This document shows positions 1 through 13,600 of a DNA stretch of 64,000 bases, piece by piece. The notes under the pieces were generated by a model that made no database searches, was not told the DNA's origin, and saw only the letters and a program-made list of their open reading frames with translations. Positions within the stretch are counted from its first letter, which is position 1. Each line of letters begins with the position of its first letter. Source of the DNA: Octopus vulgaris (lineage: Eukaryota); NCBI GenBank assembly GCA_951406725.2, contig OX597816.1, positions 179,738,001 through 179,802,000 of the forward strand. The letters run 5' to 3'. The position numbers and the translations under genes are program-made.

Positions 1-572
1 AGACCACCCCCACCATGCTTCATGGTGGGAGCAATGCAGACTTTGTTGAAGCGCTCACCCCTGCGGCGTCGCACATGGACAAGCTTGTCACTGACGAGAC
101 TGAATCGCGACTCGTCAGTGAACATCACTGTCCGCCACTGCTGCACGGTCCATGTCTTGTGTGCACGGGCCCAGAGCAGCCGCCTCTTCCGGTTTTGGGC
201 TGTAAAGAGCGGCTTACGGGCGGCCCTACAGGATTTTAGACCAGCTTCCAGTAATCTGGTCTTGACGGTGGTTGTAGACAACTGCTTCCCTGTCACCTTT
301 TGCATCTCCTCCGCCAGTTGCCGGCTTGTTGCCCTTCGGTCGTTCAGTGACTTTCGGATCAGCATCCGGTCCTCCCGTTGGGTCGTCAGCCTCTTCCGCC
401 CCCTACCCTTTTTGTCAGCTGCTGATCCGGTTTCCTCGTATTTCTTAAATAAGCACTGAATTGTGCGCCTGGCTACACCAAGTTTTCTGGCTATTGCAGC
501 CTCCGACAGCTTCCCACGCCACGAGAGAGCCTCGTACCGTCTCTCCAAGGTCATGCGAGGTCTTGGGCCCAT
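1..572 (-). CDS. Tc1-family transposase, N-terminal 190 codons (partial, no stop in window)
   Basis: Manual translation from ATG 572: MGPRPRMTLERRYEAL...AIARKLGVARRTIQ (HTH)...GRGRKRLTTQREDR...RKPLFT...WRTVMFTDESRF (first catalytic D)...PTMKHGG. Absent from the ORF track, presumably because it runs off the edge. Confidence 0.9.
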   Translation of the reverse strand, partial: MGPRPRMTLERRYEALSWRGKLSEAAIARKLGVARRTIQCLFKKYEETGSAADKKGRGRKRLTTQREDRMLIRKSLNDRRATSRQLAEEMQKVTGKQLSTTTVKTRLLEAGLKSCRAARKPLFTAQNRKRRLLWARAHKTWTVQQWRTVMFTDESRFSLVSDKLVHVRRRRGERFNKVCIAPTMKHGGGG

Positions 573-730
573 CTAGGAATGAACGATAAAAACCAGTTAT
601 TTTCATTAAAACTATTCATTTGAATAATGTTATGCTATAACAAAACTGCTATGAGTTATTATTCATTAAACAAAAAAGAAAGAAAGCAGAATTTCTCACC
701 CTATTTGATGTATAACAGAAAGTTTTGTGA

Positions 731-747
731 ACCGGAAGTGACGTCAC
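731..747. promoter_or_regulatory. ETS-CRE composite motif upstream of the transposase
   Basis: ACCGGAAGTGACGTCAC: ETS core CCGGAAGT overlapping a full CRE TGACGTCA, about 160 bp upstream of the ATG. Confidence 0.5.
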
Positions 748-1121
748 GAAGCAGAGTGTAGGAGAATTTGTGAGGAAAAAATGTCTTGCAAATACACAGA
801 TCAATTAACCTACGAGCTGTTCAAAACGTCTTACGCGATGAGAAAACTTAGTACGGTGTGATTTCGGTCCTTGCGAGGCGCTACCTATATCTATTAAACA
901 AAGGAAGATTTGTCTGCATCCGCACTCCAAGTTGTTGCACTGCTATGTCAACATCATTAGGCTGTAGACTCTCAAACCGCTCTGCAAACAAAGTTCCGTC
1001 ATCGTTCTGCGCAACAGTGAACTCGCAACAAAGCAATAGTTCGAGATATGGCCACTAGGTGACAGCACATACCTTGAGTGAAGAGCAAATCAAGGGTGCT
1101 AATTAATTTCTGACGGTAGTG

Positions 1122-1395
1122 TATATATATATATATATATATATATATCACAAGCATGCACATACACATACATACATACCTACATATTTACATATATACA
1201 TACACACACATACATACGTACGTACACACGTACATACATAATACATAATACATACATGCATACGTACGAACACAAGTACATACTTACGTATGTACACACG
1301 TACGTAGGTACATACATGCATACAGACATACATACATAATGCATACATAGATACACACATACATACATGCATACATACATACATACATACATACA

Positions 1396-1426
<31 letters not shown>
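1122..1426. repeat. (TA)n and (CATA)n microsatellite
   Basis: Direct reading. Confidence 0.95.
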
Positions 1427-1427
<1 letters not shown>

Positions 1428-2111
1428 GATGAGTGATAGAAAATGGAATTAACAACAGTATTTAAAAATCATTACAATTGTTTCAACACCTTCTTATACC
1501 ATTTGTACATTGGTAAGATATTGAGTAATCATTATTAGAAATCCAAGGTGTAAACTGCGCTTCCTCAGGCGATTGTTAAATGATTCTCCCGTTAGATTCT
1601 CTCACCATTTTACAGTGTGATAATGCATACCTAAAGTGACGTGTCATTCCCAGCAGTTTACAGACAAAGATAAAACCATAGATATAATGACAGACCAAAT
1701 ACAATTATAATCAAAAGCAAAAGGCTTAAATAGAGAAAAATATTCGAAGGAAAAGAAAAGGCTCTGATTGATTATAAATTACCATTCTTTTAAATTCATT
1801 TTAAATGAATAACGTCACCAGTTCCATTTTCTACCATTTATCTGCTTGTATAAATTCTACTATGGAATTCCTGATATATATCCAGCAGCAGGAGCATTTC
1901 TACTGTATGATGACATCAGATAGCCAATATCTGTGGACAAGCTTTGCATAGCATTCTACAAGGTTTTTACCCGAATCTTATATTATTGTATGTATGTATG
2001 TATGTATGTATGTATGTATGTATGTATGTATGTATGTATGTATGTATGTATGTATGTATGTATGTAGGTAGCTATATAAGTAGGTAGATAGGTAGGTATG
2101 TATGTATTTAT

Positions 2112-2544
2112 GCAGGCATGGCTTTGTAGTAAGAAGCTTGTCTCTTAACCATATGGTTTCGGGTTTTAGCTCCACTACGTGAAACTTTGGGTAATATAAA
2201 TGCGCCCTTTTAAAGCATGGCCAGGCTCATGGGCCCGGTTTCCCGGTTTGTATGGTGTATGTGTTCTCCATCTGGAAGGGACGCCAGTCCCTCGCAGGAT
2301 TACACATTTTTGCCAGCTGAGTGGACTGGAGCAACGTGAAATGAAGTGTTTTGCTCGAGAACACAACGCGTCACCCGGTCCAGGAATCGAATCCACAATC
2401 TTACGATCATGATGCTGACACCCTAAGCCACGTGCCTTCACAGAAACTTTGGGTAAATGTTCTCTAATATATACCTGTGCTTACCACAGGCTGTGAGTGG
2501 TTTAGTTGAGGAAAACTGAAAGAAACCCGTCGTATATGTGTGTG
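2112..2544 (+). mobile_element. tRNA-derived SINE (family A), interrupted by a second SINE
   Basis: Diverged match to the full copy at 24909-25312 (head ...accatatggtttcggg..., later gaaactgaaagaaacccgtcg). Confidence 0.7.
2195..2442 (-). mobile_element. tRNA-derived SINE (family B) with 14-bp target-site duplication
   Basis: Minus-strand head GAAGGCACGTGGCTTAG...GGATTCGATTCC; flanked by GAAACTTTGGGTAA at 2181-2194 and 2443-2456. Confidence 0.85.
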
Positions 2545-2706
2545 CAGGGCCGGCCCTTAGGTTACTATTGCCCCGGGCAAGCTGAGCTTCGGTGTGTACA
2601 ATCTGATGGTCGTGGAAATTTCTTTGTTTTTGTCAGGCCCTCCTTGGCGCCCCCGAGCACAGTCCCTTGTGACTGCCCAAGTTGCCGGTACCTTGAGTAG
2701 GTCCTG
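2545..2706. mobile_element. Possible short non-autonomous DNA transposon (MITE)
   Basis: GC-rich island starting CAGGGCCGGCCC and ending GGTCCTG (imperfect inverted termini) inside a TG microsatellite. Confidence 0.4.
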
Positions 2707-2847
2707 TGTATGTATGTGTGTGTATACACATACATATAAATGTGTGTGTATGTGTGTCTGTCTGTGTATGTGTGTGTATATATGCATGTTTGTATGTGTG
2801 TATATAAGTACACACACACATATATATATATATGTGCTTATATACAC

Positions 2848-2917
<70 letters not shown>

Positions 2918-2918
2918 C

Positions 2919-3819
2919 AATAATAAATCAAGTATTGAGAGGATAAAAAAGAAAATTAGCAAATTTTTCAAAGATTTTAACCTAGGCATTACTTATTAAC
3001 CTAACACTAAGATAATTAATTTCCTAGGCGTTACCTTAGACCTAAATTCAAAGTTACATTACCCATTTAGAAAGGCGGGCGAAGTCACTAGATATGTAAG
3101 TAAGTCATCTAATCACCCCCCGAATATACTAAAATCATTAGTTAAAAATATTTCTCAAAGAATTTCTAAATTATCATCAAATAGTGAAATCTTTAACTCT
3201 CACTCTAACCATTACAGTATCGCATTATCCAAGGCTAGATATGACCAGGAAATCACCTTCCTTGATATGGATAGCTCAAATCTCCTAAATAATATAGTGA
3301 ATGTAAATGACGTAAGTAATATAAACTCTCATACCCTACATAAACATAAATTAATAGAGAAAAAGAACCTAGTGTATAAACCTAATTATAGGAATAAAAA
3401 TAGTGAACAGATCATAAATAAATATGAAAATGCTAACCTAGATAAACCCGATAGGCATAAAAATAGCACTAAAAGGAATAATAATTCTCGTACGAATACT
3501 GATAATACTAATCCTTCCCACTCTTACTTAAACAAAAAATATAAAAGAGAAAATATCATTTGGCTAAATATCCCCTTTAATTCTACTATCTCGACGAATG
3601 TGTACAGTAGATTTAAATCTATACTGGCAAAAAATTTCCCAGCCTCCCATAAATATCATAAAATAATTTCTAGAAGATCAGTAAGAATTTCATATTCCAC
3701 TCTCCCAAACATAGCTACCATAATAGCTAGATATAATAGTAAAAACATTAAGTTAGCCAGGAGTAGAATGAATAGTAACAACAATGATAGTAATATTAAT
3801 TGTAATAATAGCATTAACA

Positions 3820-3850
<31 letters not shown>

Positions 3851-4570
3851 TGATGATAATAATAATAATAATTATTATTATTATTATAATGGTAATAATA
3901 ATAATAAAAATAATATTAATAATGATGATGACAATAATAATAATAATAACAACATTGATGTAAATAGTGATAATAACAATACCAATAATATAGGTAGTAT
4001 AGTATATGGTAGGTGATGATGGTGAGGATGGATTAATAACTAGTAACACTAATTTGCATAACAACGTGATTACTAATAATGAAAGTAATATTAATACAAA
4101 TAATAATTTAAATAATAGTAATGTAAGTGAACTGTCCTTAAATAATTCCAGTACCGGACACTATCCCTCCCCCCGTTGTAATTGTAGGATTAGATCAAAA
4201 TGTCCGGTATCTGGTCGTTGTTCGGTCCAAAACGTAATTTATAAATGCACGATAACTTCTAGCAATAGCTTTCTTTATTTCGGATGTTCGGTGGATCTTA
4301 AAAGACGTCTTAACAATCATTTTTCCTCTTTTAGACTAAAACATAAGGCAGGTTGCACAACACCATCTAGCAAAATTTGGGAACTAAAAACAAATAATAT
4401 AGAATTCAATCAAAAATGGGATATAGTTAGAAGGGTTCAACCATATAGAAATAGTAGGGATGGTTGTCAACTTTGTTCTATGGAAACTTATGAAATTTTA
4501 ATCTGTTGAATAACCGTCTGGAGTTGGGATTATCTTGTAGACATTGTACAACACGAACGTTTAAATACTT
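2919..4570 (+). pseudogene. Disrupted Penelope-like RT thumb + GIY-YIG ORF
   Basis: [35 protein letters not shown]...SNHPP; IIWLNIPF...NFP...SYS; CNCRIRSKCPVSGRC; VIYKC...YFG...RLNNH; CQLCSME; LNNRLELGLSCRH in another frame. Stop near 2998, frameshifts near 4010 and 4505. Confidence 0.85.
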
Positions 4571-5168
4571 TAAATAATAATTTTGTGAGTATTCCTATAT
4601 TTTTCAAATTTTAATTCTTTATAATCAAATAAGAAGAAATATACTATACTAGCTTTCAATCTAACATTCATAGATGACTAAAAAAACTTCACTGCAAACT
4701 TGAAATTGGAATTTTTTTCTAAATTTAACCTAGCTTTAAAATTAATAAGGCTTTCCCCCAGTTAAAAAAAATACTATGCCTACTCATGATAATAAGTGAT
4801 AGGTTCCCCCCCCTTTTTTCTCTCTAAATTACACTCTCTGTGAATGGGATTAGAACCATTTGACATTGACCTAGTTTCTCTCACCAAATAGCAGTAATTG
4901 GCATTTATTAGTGGCAATTGCTGTCTTCAACATGAATTCTTTTTATGGAGTTCTGAAACCTCCTTTACCCCATTTCTACAATTAAAAAATCTTTATTGCT
5001 TCTAACCTTACAGCAGTTAGGAACAGCCACATCTTAGTCTGTCAGTGGAAGGACTTCACTACCTCATATGTTCTTAAAATTTAAATCCACACCTTTGTCT
5101 GTATATCTACCTTCTCTATAATGTTGCCACTTGATTTGAAAATTTTTGTATTAATGGAAAACCTCTAT

Positions 5169-5259
5169 AATTGGCTGATGAGTACTCAGCATCTTAAATC
5201 TGTTGAAATACTTACAACATTTAATAAAATTATGTAGTACGAAACGATCGTACCAAATT
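5169..5259 (+). ncRNA. Type I minimal hammerhead ribozyme in the Penelope-like 3' region
   Basis: TTGG-CTGATGA-GTACT...AGTAC-GAAA-CGATCG-TA-CCAA: all core nucleotides, stems I and II, palindromic stem III, GUA triplet. Confidence 0.8.
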
Positions 5260-5289
5260 ACCGGAGTCATTCTTGTTGCTTATTTTGAC

Positions 5290-5321
<32 letters not shown>

Positions 5322-5336
5322 CATATATATATACGT

Positions 5337-5401
<65 letters not shown>

Positions 5402-5639
5402 GACATACATATACATATGTATACATACGTGTTTGTGTGTGTGCATGCATAATTGGTTAGTTATTCAAGCAAATAATCAGCCAATCTACCAATTGAGCGT
5501 TTGCTTAAACAGTTGGTTAAATAATTAATCAGTTTGTCAAAGTCGATTCATCGCCATTTGCAACTTCAATTACGTGTCCCCCTTTTCTCCAGGCCTGCTT
5601 CAAATTATTATTACTGTTGGTATTATGACCCTCCCAATC

Positions 5640-5886
<247 letters not shown>

Positions 5887-6464
5887 ATAATAACCCAAAT
5901 ACGTTGAGGTCAATTTGTGTTATTAATACTACGCCACACTCAGAACCTTCCCAACCTACGCTGGTTCCTGAGCCTTCAGTTAACCATGGACTACATGCCG
6001 TTGTTCGTTCTTGTGTGATTTTAAATATACGTTGAATATATTTGGTCTGTACATGTGGATGGATGAGTAACTGGAAGGACAAAGTCCGTAAGTTTTTCAA
6101 GGTGGTGCTCCAGCATGGCCGCAGCCTAAAGACTGAAACAACTGAAACATGATAATAATATTACTATATACTATATTTTCTCAACAAATGTTCATTTTCA
6201 TTTATCATTCAGCTGTCCTTCCTTCTGTCCCTCTGATCAATCGAAATTTAGTTATTGAAGAAAATCACACCGGTTTTATTGTTGCATTCGGAGTTAATTC
6301 TAGTGACGTATGGTTGTTGCCATTCACTTATATTAATAGAGTAACCAAGAGACAGAATTATCAAAGATATTGGTTCTACTACAATCAAACTCTTTTTGTA
6401 TAAATTTCTGTAAGATTGCTATTTTGTTATTTATCCATTGTATCATTAGTCGTTGATTGTTTCC

Positions 6465-7212
<748 letters not shown>

Positions 7213-7794
7213 GTGTACAAGCCCATAAAATGTTTGATTTCTTTAAATCGTTCATTATAAATTATCGATATCGCACTGTTCTCCATTCTCTTTAAGAGTC
7301 AGTCATTTTAGCCAACGGATATTGCAAAGAAAATAATAAAAAAAAAAGCTGCAATGGACATTCATTGTTGTTTCACAGCTTACTCTATTCACCAACGAGT
7401 AAAGAAAGGTCTTTGTATAATTTCCCATTGAAATAATCCTGTTTGTGATATTTAAGCTAATATTGGTAAATAATTGCTTCTTTCGAGTAAATGCCGAGTG
7501 ATTGCTATCGAGGCCATAACGGATTGCGTTCGTTCTCTTATAATTTCCATTATATATAACCAGTATTAGCACACCTACACTTCGAGTAAGAGAGAAAGAG
7601 AGAGAAAGAAAGCGAAGGCAGAAAAAGAAAGCGAGAGAGAGAGAGAGAGAAAGAGAGAAAGAGAGATGAAGTGACAGTATTGATTTCCATTAAGATCACA
7701 TAATTCGTGTAGATGAATACATCTATATTTTCTTACTTGTTTCAGTCATTAGACTGCGGCCATGCTGGGTACCATATACTCATATATATATATC

Positions 7795-8745
7795 ACCCCT
7801 ACTCTCTTTCCCTCTTCTGTCTTACTCTCTTTCTCTCTGCTCCATCACTCTCCTTCTCTCCTCTCTCCCCCTCCCTCCTCCTTCTTCCCACCCAACTCTC
7901 CTCTCTTGCCCCGACTCCTACTTCTCATCACTGCTACTTCTCTTCACCCCTTCTCTCTTTTCCTCTTCTCTCTTACTCTTTCCCTCTTCCCTCTTTCTCT
8001 CTCCTCTCTTATTCTATTTCTCTCTCCTCTCTTATTCTCTTTCTCTCTTCTCTCTTACTCTCTTTCTCTCTTCTCTCCGCCTCTCTCTCCTCACTCACCC
8101 ACCTTCCACTCCCCCCATAAGCCCACCCACCCCTAAACATCCCTACTCCACCTTCCCTATCCTTCCCATCCCCCATCCCATCCCCCCATCCTCTACCCCC
8201 ACACTCTGCCTACCCACAAACCCCAACTCTACCCCAACCCCCATCCGAACCCACACCCCACCCGTGCTTTCCCCACTCTCACCTCCGCCACCTCCCAACA
8301 ACATCACACCACACTACACCATACAACATTACACATCACTTCACAACACACCACCCACACACCACCACTGACCAATTCCCATCCCCACATCTTCACACCT
8401 ACACATACATACACGCACACGTCCAGACCACCAGCCCTCTTTCACACGCACATACTCTCTTATACACACACGCACCTTCATGTTGGAGGTCCTCTTCACT
8501 TTGTTATCTCCCCTACTTTCCTTCTCCTGTGTGACCTTTCTGTCCGAGTCAGTCGCCATGATATATCGGTAGCCACTACACACATTTTTTTATCTCCTTG
8601 TTTTATATGTCCCTTTCTGTAGAAGAGCGTAGGCTTGAAACGTAAAAGACCTTTTCTATTCATGAGCGTTATACTAATACATCTGTTTGCTCTGTACACC
8701 ACCTGTCTTCGTCTTTTATTGTTTTTTTCGTAAACTCTCCCGAGA
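7795..8745 (+). mobile_element. Dispersed non-coding element: CT-rich tract, conserved 3' end, hammerhead-like motif
   Basis: Its 3' part (CTGTAGAAGAGCGTAGGCTTGAAACGTAAAAGAC...CACCTGTCTTCGTC) recurs near 17670(-), 17940(+), 18260(-) and 31180(-). Confidence 0.65.
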
Positions 8746-8807
8746 TATATATACATACATATATATGAGTATATGGTACACAGCATGGGTACCATATATA
8801 CATAAAC

Positions 8808-8858
<51 letters not shown>

Positions 8859-8909
8859 CCCTAACTCTAACATTAATATATACATGTATATATATATATA
8901 TATATATAC

Positions 8910-8955
<46 letters not shown>

Positions 8956-9103
8956 ATATAAGAGAGTGGTCACTATATGGCTCACTCTAGCACCAGTTAA
9001 TCCAAAAGGTTTCAACCACGAAAATACATGTTTCCCATGAAAGTCAGTACGATTGTTAGCTCACACGGACAGGGTAAATAAAAAATAACAAAAATACAGA
9101 TTA

Positions 9104-9185
9104 TTTTGGGACAATTGTTTCGCTATTAATGAATTAAATGTAATTTTACTTACAAAAAAATCCACTTGTAGCTCGTCAGTCAAAA
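9104..9185 (-). ncRNA. Type I hammerhead, inverted arm (second copy at about 9638-9720)
   Basis: Reverse complement reads CTGACGA-GCTA...TAGC-GAAA-CAATTG-TC-CCAAAA. Confidence 0.8.
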
Positions 9186-10538
9186 ATATCTGGATGAAAT
9201 CCACTCAATCACACGCCAGATTTTACCATAACGATAAATACGCGTGTGGTTCAATTGATTACATCCGACGTTATAATTCAAATGCCCCAACTAACAGCGC
9301 GCCAAACTTTCACGGAAAACAAATACAGCATTTAGAAATAAATGCAGCATAATTATAATTAATTAATAAGGGTGAGAGAATTAGATACTAATTTAATAGT
9401 ATATCTATTCAACACCAAGTGGCCTAGTGCTCGAGAAACCTGGATTATTATAATATTTTATAACATATTATAATATTTTTACAAAATAAATATAAGAGAG
9501 TGGTCACTATATGGCTCACTCTAGCACCAGTTAATCCAAAAGGTTTCAACCACGAAAATACATGTTTCCCATGAAAGTCAGTACGATTGTTAGCTCACAC
9601 GGACAGGGCAAATAAAAAATAACAAAAATACAGATTATTTTGGGACAATTGTTTCGCTATTAATGAATTAAATGTAATTTTACTTACAAAAAAATCCACT
9701 TTGTAGCTCGTCAGCCAAAACTATCTGGATGAAATCCACTCAATCACACGCCAGATTTTACCATAACGATAAATACGCGTGTGGTTCAATTGATTACATC
9801 CGACGTTATAATTCAAATGCCCCAACTAACAGCGCGCCAAACTTTCACGGAAAACAAATACAGCATTTAGAAATAAATGCAGCATAATTATAATTAATTA
9901 ATAAGGGTGAGAGAATTAGATACTAATTTAATAGTATATCTATTCAACACCAATTGGCCTAGTGCTCGAGAAACCTGGATTATTATAATATTTTATAACA
10001 TATTATAATATTTTTACAAAATAAATATAAGAGAGTGGTCACTATATGGCTCACTCTAGCACCAGTTAATCCAAAAGGTTTCAACCACGAAAATACATGT
10101 TTCCCATGAAAGTCAGTACGATTGTTAGCTCACACGGACAGGGCAAATAAAAAATAACAAAAATACAGATTATTTTGGGACAATTGTTTCGCTATTAATG
10201 AATTAAATGTAATTTTACTTACAAAAAAATCCACTTTTGTAAAAAATATTATAATATGTTATAAAATATTATAATAATCCAGGTTTCTCGGAGCACTAGG
10301 CCACTTGGTGTTGAATAGATATACTATTAAATTAGTATCTAATTCTCTCTACCCTTATTAATTAATTATAATTATGCTGCATTTATTTCTAAATGCTGTA
10401 TTTGTTTTCCGTGAAAGTTTGGCGCGCTGTTAGTTGGGGCATTTGAATTATAACGTCGGATGTAATCAATTGAACCACACGCGTATTTATCGTTATGGTA
10501 AAATCTGGCGTGTGATTGAGTGGATTTCATCCAGATAG

Positions 10539-10620
10539 TTTTGGCTGACGAGCTACAAATGGATTTTTTTGTAAGTAAAATTACATTTAATTCATTAATA
10601 GCGAAACAATTGTCCCAAAA
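10539..10620 (+). ncRNA. Type I hammerhead, representative array copy (other intact cores at 12148, 13218, 14288, 15358)
   Basis: TTTTGG-CTGACGA-GCTA-(long loop)-TAGC-GAAA-CAATTG-TC-CCAAAA; stem I extends CAGAT/ATCTG; predicted cleavage after GUC at 10614. Confidence 0.85.
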
Positions 10621-13600
10621 TAATCTGTATTTTTGTTATTTTTTATTTGCCCTGTCCGTGTGAGCTAACAATCGTACTGACTTTCATGGGAAACATGTAT
10701 TTTCGTGGTTGAAACCTTTTGGATTAACTGGTGCTAGAGTGAGCCATATAGTGACCACTCTCTTATATTTATTTTGTAAAAATATTATAATATGTTATAA
10801 AATATTATAATAATCCAGGTTTCTCGGAGCACTAGGCCACTTGGTGTTGAATAGATATACTATTAAATTAGTATCTAATTCTCTCACCCTTATTAATTAA
10901 TTATAATTATGCTGCATTTATTTCTAAATGCTGTATTTGTTTTCCGTGAAAGTTGGGCGCGCTGTTAGTTGGGGCATTTGAATTATAACGTCGAATGTAA
11001 TCAATTGAACCACACGCGTATTTATCGTTATGGTAAAATCTGGCGTGTGATTGAGTGGATTTCATCCAGATAGTTTTGGCTGAAAAGCTACAAGTGGATT
11101 TTTTTGTAAGTAAAATTACATTTAATTCATTAATAGCGAAACAATTGTCCCAAAATAATCTGTATTTTTGTTATTTTTTATTTGCCCTGTCCGTGTGAGC
11201 TAACAATCGTACTGACTTTCATGGGAAACATGTATTTTCGTGGTTGAAACCTTTTGGATTAACTGGTGCTAGAGTGAGCCATATAGTGACCACTCTCTTA
11301 TATTTATTTTGTAAAAATATTATAATATGTTATAAAATATTATAATAATCCAGGTTTCTCGAGCACTAGGCCACTTGGTGTTGAATAGATATACTATTAA
11401 ATTAGTATCTAATTCTCTCACCCTTATTAATTAATTATAATTATGCTGCATTTATTTCTAAATGCTGTATTTGTTTTCCGTGAAAGTTGGGCGCGCTGTT
11501 AGTTGGGGCATTTGAATTATAACGTCGGATGTAATCAATTGAACCACACGCGTATTTATCGTTATGGTAAAATCTGGCGTGTGATTGAGTGGATTTCATC
11601 CAGATAGTTTTGGCTGAAAAGCTACAAATGGATTTTTTTGTAAGTAAAATTACATTTAATTCATTAATAGCGAAACAATTGTCCCAAAATAATCTGTATT
11701 TTTGTTATTTTTTATTTGCCCTGTCCGTGTGAGCTAACAATCGTACTGACTTTCATGGGAAACATGTATTTTCGTGGTTGAAACCTTTTGGATTAACTGG
11801 TGCTAGAGTGAGCCATATAGTGACCACTCTCTTATATTTATTTTGTAAAAATATTATAATATGTTATAAAATATTATAATAATCCAGGTTTCTCGAGCAC
11901 TAGGCCACTTGGTGTTGAATAGATATACTATTAAATTAGTATCTAATTCTCTCACCCTTATTAATTAATTATAATTATGCTGCATTTATTTCTAAATGCT
12001 GTATTTGTTTTCCGTGAAAGTTGGGCGCGCTGTTAGTTGGGGCATTTGAATTATAACGTCGGATGTAATCAATTGAACCACACGCGTATTTATCGTTATG
12101 GTAAAATCTGGCGTGTGATTGAGTGGATTTCATCCAGATAGTTTTGGCTGACGAGCTACAAGTGGATTTTTTTGTAAGTAAAATTACATTTAATTCATTA
12201 ATAGCGAAACAATTGTCCCAAAATAATCTGTATTTTTGTTATTTTTTATTTGCCCTGTCCGTGTGAGCTAACAATCGTACTGACTTTCATGGGAAACATG
12301 TATTTTCGTGGTTGAAACCTTTTGGATTAACTGGTGCTAGAGTGAGCCATATAGTGACCACTCTCTTATATTTATTTTGTAAAAATATTATAATATGTTA
12401 TAAAATATTATAATAATCCAGGTTTCTCGGAGCACTAGGCCACTTGGTGTTGAATAGATATACTATTAAATTAGTATCTAATTCTCTCACCCTTATTAAT
12501 TAATTATAATTATGCTGCATTTATTTCTAAATGCTGTATTTGTTTTCCGTGAAAGTTGGGCGCGCTGTTAGTTGGGGCATTTGAATTATAACGTCGGATG
12601 TAATCAATTGAACCACACGCGTATTTATCGTTATGGTAAAATCTGGCGTGTGATTGAGTGGATTTCATCCAGATAGTTTTGGCTGAAAAGCTACAAGTGG
12701 ATTTTTTTGTAAGTAAAATTACATTTAATTCATTAATAGCGAAACAATTGTCCCAAAATAATCTGTATTTTTGTTATTTTTTATTTGCCCTGTCCGTGTG
12801 AGCTAACAATCGTACTGACTTTCATGGGAAACATGTATTTTCGTGGTTGAAACCTTTTGGATTAACTGGTGCTAGAGTGAGCCATATAGTGACCACTCTC
12901 TTATATTTATTTTGTAAAAATATTATAATATGTTATAAAATATTATAATAATCCAGGTTTCTCGGAGCACTAGGCCACTTGGTGTTGAATAGATATACTA
13001 TTAAATTAGTATCTAATTCTCTCACCCTTATTAATTAATTATAATTATGCTGCATTTATTTCTAAATGCTGTATTTGTTTTCCGTGAAAGTTTGGCGCGC
13101 TGTTAGTTGGGGCATTTGAATTATAACGTCGGATGTAATCAATTGAACCACACGCGTATTTATCGTTATGGTAAAATCTGGCGTGTGATTGAGTGGATTT
13201 CATCCAGATAGTTTTGGCTGACGAGCTACAAGTGGATTTTTTTGTAAGTAAAATTACATTTAATTCATTAATAGCGAAACAATTGTCCCAAAATAATCTG
13301 TATTTTTGTTATTTTTTATTTGCCCTGTCCGTGTGAGCTAACAATCGTACTGACTTTCATGGGAAACATGTATTTTCGTGGTTGAAACCTTTTGGATTAA
13401 CTGGTGCTAGAGTGAGCCATATAGTGACCACTCTCTTATATTTATTTTGTAAAAATATTATAATATGTTATAAAATATTATAATAATCCAGGTTTCTCGG
13501 AGCACTAGGCCACTTGGTGTTGAATAGATATACTATTAAATTAGTATCTAATTCTCTCACCCTTATTAATTAATTATAATTATGCTGCATTTATTTCTAA

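Larger units (their letters stand above)
1..1121 (-). mobile_element. Tc1/mariner DNA transposon, 5' part (rest lies beyond the window start)
   Basis: Minus strand begins TA|CACTACCGTCAGAAATT at 1121 (Tc1-like terminus next to a TA site in a (TA)n tract) and carries a Tc1 transposase frame. Confidence 0.85.
2917..5290 (+). mobile_element. 5'-truncated Penelope-like retroelement, Naiad-type
   Basis: RT C-terminus/thumb, CxCx5Cx5C linker, GIY-YIG endonuclease and a 3' hammerhead; (TA)n on both sides. Confidence 0.85.

Noticed and set aside
15-459. Plus-strand ORFs of 74 and 145 aa
   Set aside because: Antisense shadows of the Tc1 transposase.
4507-4509. TGA ending the GIY-YIG ORF as a selenocysteine codon
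   Set aside because: The conserved LNNRLE...CRH tail continues in another frame, so a frameshift explains it; no SECIS seen.
10675-10705. Second hammerhead in the array unit (CTGACTT...GAAACATGTA)
   Set aside because: G8 and A9 absent and no convincing stems.
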